A stretch of 41,749 nucleotides of DNA, from positions 1 through 41,749 of the forward strand of contig JBCCQQ010000056.1 in assembly GCA_039024555.1 (NCBI GenBank), read 5' to 3'. The notes beneath the pieces were generated by a model. It was not told where the DNA came from. It saw only the letters and a list, made by a program, of their open reading frames with translations, and did not search any database. Positions 39,263 through 41,749 of this stretch are shown in pieces (position 1 is the stretch's first letter; every line of letters starts with the position of its first letter). The position numbers were made by a program, and so were the translations under genes. The DNA is from Cyanobacteria bacterium P01_D01_bin.156. Lineage in GTDB: Bacteria > Cyanobacteriota > Cyanobacteriia > Phormidesmidales > Phormidesmidaceae.

Positions 39263-40590
39263 TGACTAACCAAGCCACGCATCTAGGAATCGTTTTAGTG
39301 GTAGATGACAATCCGCACAATCTGGGGGTAATTTCTGATTGTTTAGAGGTTGCTAATTTTGAGGTGCTTATTGCCAAATCTGGGGAAAGTGCCTTGGAAA
39401 AGGTCAACTATGTGATGCCAGATATCATTCTTTTAGATGTAATGATGCCTGGCATCAGTGGGTTTGAAACCTGCCAAGCGTTGAAAGATGATGCCGCTAC
39501 AGCCAATATTCCGATTATCTTTATGACTGCGCTAGCAGACACCGAGAGCAAGGTCAGGGCATTTCAGCTGGGTGCCGCAGACTATGTCACTAAACCCTTT
39601 CAAGAAGCTGAAATTATTGCGCGTGTTAAAACCCACTTAAATCTGCACCAGGCGCTGCAGGATGTACATCACACGAATAAAGTTTTAGAAGAAAAAATTC
39701 ATCAACAGACTCTTACAGAAGAACAATTACGATCTACCTTGGGAGAACTGCAGATAGCGCAAAGTAAACTTATCCAAGCCGAAAAATTATCTAGCCTTGG
39801 GAAAATGGTTGGTGGTGTTGCCCACGAAATGAATAATCCTCTCACCTTTATTGAGGGTAATTTAGCCCCTATGGCCCGCTACGCCCATGAATTAGAAAAA
39901 GCATTTAAGCTCTATCAGACCCTCGATTTTAAATCTCTTCAACCTATCCAAGAACAACTTGAAGATATTGATCTCGACTTTATCCTTGAGGATCTCCCCA
40001 AAATCTTACACTCAATGAAAGCGGGGACCTCCCGCTTAGACAAAATCATTCAAGGGCTCAACAGTTTTGCGCACTTGGATCAGGCTACCAAAAAAGTGAT
40101 TGATATTCATCAGGCTCTCGACCATACACTGCTGATGGTCAGTCATCGACTAGTGGCCGCTGAAACAAGAGCTGTTATCCACATACACAAAGACTATCAA
40201 TTTAGTGCGAATACTGTTGAATGTTACCCAAAACTGCTCAATCAAGCCTTTTTTCAACTACTGACCAATGCAATCGATGCCATTGATGAAAAGTTGAAAA
40301 AGACTCAGCACTGGGAGAATGGAGACATTAAAATTGCCACACAGCAGCAGGGCAATTGCCTATTGATCAGCATTAGTGACAATGGGGTAGGCATTGCTCC
40401 CGACCATTATTCCCATATTTTTGATCCGTTTTTTACCACCAAACCAGTGGGTCAGGGTCTTGGCCTGGGCTTATCTACCACCCATCAAACCATAGAGCGC
40501 CACCATGGGCAGATCCATTGTCAATCTGATTTAGATCAGGGAACCACAATGAAAATTGTTTTACCCCTCCAACAACCACAGGTTTTATAA
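39259..40590 (+). CDS. Hybrid response regulator-histidine kinase (REC-HisKA-HATPase)
   Basis: [36 protein letters not shown] and [20 protein letters not shown] overlap with the upstream kinase. Confidence 0.93.
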   Translation: MMTNQATHLGIVLVVDDNPHNLGVISDCLEVANFEVLIAKSGESALEKVNYVMPDIILLDVMMPGISGFETCQALKDDAATANIPIIFMTALADTESKVRAFQLGAADYVTKPFQEAEIIARVKTHLNLHQALQDVHHTNKVLEEKIHQQTLTEEQLRSTLGELQIAQSKLIQAEKLSSLGKMVGGVAHEMNNPLTFIEGNLAPMARYAHELEKAFKLYQTLDFKSLQPIQEQLEDIDLDFILEDLPKILHSMKAGTSRLDKIIQGLNSFAHLDQATKKVIDIHQALDHTLLMVSHRLVAAETRAVIHIHKDYQFSANTVECYPKLLNQAFFQLLTNAIDAIDEKLKKTQHWENGDIKIATQQQGNCLLISISDNGVGIAPDHYSHIFDPFFTTKPVGQGLGLGLSTTHQTIERHHGQIHCQSDLDQGTTMKIVLPLQQPQVL

Positions 40591-40692
40591 AGTCACCTCA
40601 AAGAAGAGAACAGTTTTTCTAAACTGCCCTGGCAATCGCTGTATCTCATCCATAACTGAGAATCGGACAGATAAGACCTAGGGTATCTCAAG

Positions 40693-41445
40693 CTATTCCA
40701 GGGTGGGCCTAGAAATAACGGTGAGCTCAGTAACTTCAGCGATTCCCTGACACACCGTCCAAAAAACACTGTAGCGATCTATCTGCATATTCCAGCGTTG
40801 ACCGGGACGACCATCTTTACCTCGCTCATAGCCTGGGCGCGGGTCCTGGGCCAGGGTTTCAGCAATTAGCTGACGGATGCGATCGCAGTTGCGGTCCTTT
40901 ACCAGCACCGCTACGGCTTTAGGACTCCACTGTACCGGTAGGAGATCATCCTGACCAGTCGCCCAAGCCCCCTGGGCATGGGATAGCGCATCTGAGTAGG
41001 GGACATAGGGCTTAATGTCGATAACGGGCGTGCCGTCCAAAAAGTCTCCCCCTTGCACCCGTAAGCGAATTTCTTTTTTAGTAGTATTCTCCTGTAAGTT
41101 AACAAGCTGCACCGCACTCATGCCAACGGGATTGAAACGATTAGGACTACGGGTGGCATAGACACCGACACTTTTATTGCCCCCCAGACGGGGGGGACGC
41201 ACCAGAGGGCGGAACTCACGGTTGGGTTGATTAAACTTTTGCTGATTGTGAAAGACAAACAGCACCCATAGGTGAGAAAACTCTTCAATTCCGCGCAGGG
41301 CTAATTTGTTATTTTCTGTCGCCCTAAAAACAATATCGGCATAGGCAGAGTTGACAAGACCTGCCTGCCGCGGAATCCCAAACCGTTCTGGGTAACAAGA
41401 TTGAATATGGGCGATGGGCGTAAAGGTAACAGTCTCAACAGTCAT
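40693..41445 (-). CDS. trmO: tRNA (N6-threonylcarbamoyladenosine(37)-N6)-methyltransferase TrmO
   Basis: FGIPRQAGLV, FSHLWVLF.FH, VRPPRLGGN..VGVYATRSP.R.NP.GMS, DGTPVIDIKPY.PYSD and L.QDPRP.Y. Likely ATG at 41445. Confidence 0.93.
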   Translation of the reverse strand: MTVETVTFTPIAHIQSCYPERFGIPRQAGLVNSAYADIVFRATENNKLALRGIEEFSHLWVLFVFHNQQKFNQPNREFRPLVRPPRLGGNKSVGVYATRSPNRFNPVGMSAVQLVNLQENTTKKEIRLRVQGGDFLDGTPVIDIKPYVPYSDALSHAQGAWATGQDDLLPVQWSPKAVAVLVKDRNCDRIRQLIAETLAQDPRPGYERGKDGRPGQRWNMQIDRYSVFWTVCQGIAEVTELTVISRPTLE

Positions 41446-41749
41446 GCTCAGCAGCAGAGTAGCTTTATGCCCATAGTGCATTGGCAAACCACGCCAACAG
41501 CTATCAGCAAAACAACCTGCAGGACAATCCCGCAGGTTGCGATAGGTCCAGCATAGGACAGTATTGAGATGATGGCAGGAATACCCTCTATCCGGAATAA
41601 GGGTTTGCTCTGACGGGGTTACACAACTGCTGCAAGCCTTATAAATTCAGTGGTTAAGAATGGGTAGATAAAAAAAGATAGGCTAGTTTTACGAACACGA
41701 CCTATCACGCCCTATGATACCGTCAATCTACCAAAGCTATCTAGAGAAG

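Overview
This window is chromosomal DNA of a cyanobacterium, probably a filamentous Leptolyngbya-like lineage. Evidence: at least 18 copies of the HIP1 octamer GCGATCGC, a light-dependent protochlorophyllide reductase, and cyanobacterial-type BON, GIY-YIG and STAS-sugar-transferase genes. Most of it is housekeeping, transport and signalling: ABC-2 permease, LysE, GT2, NhaC, a PhnD/TtrS-type lipoprotein plus hybrid kinase, a divergent LexA, DUF4864, ABC ATPase, DUF389, por, an RND pump, azlCD, two more hybrid kinases and trmO. Two accessory or conflict modules stand out. (1) At the left edge, an intact type I restriction subunit hsdR has no hsdM/hsdS in view and is divergent from a >=379-codon ORF that the supplied track missed. 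(2) At 23307-30056 lies an AT-richer, HIP1-free, translationally coupled operon: TIR-inactive STAND, MoxR AAA+, a vWA protein with inserted transmembrane helices, and a membrane-anchored protein with an extracytoplasmic beta-domain. It converges on a caspase-like CHAT-TIR gene whose TIR is colinear with the first. This resembles the computationally described iSTAND-MoxR-vWA ternary conflict systems, here as a membrane-anchored variant with a possible TIR-TIR-coupled protease. Other points of interest are a LexA paralogue with a perfect 22-bp operator-like palindrome, a MITE-like nested palindrome, and a dispersed repeat family that brackets the conflict locus. All family calls are by eye; no searches were run.
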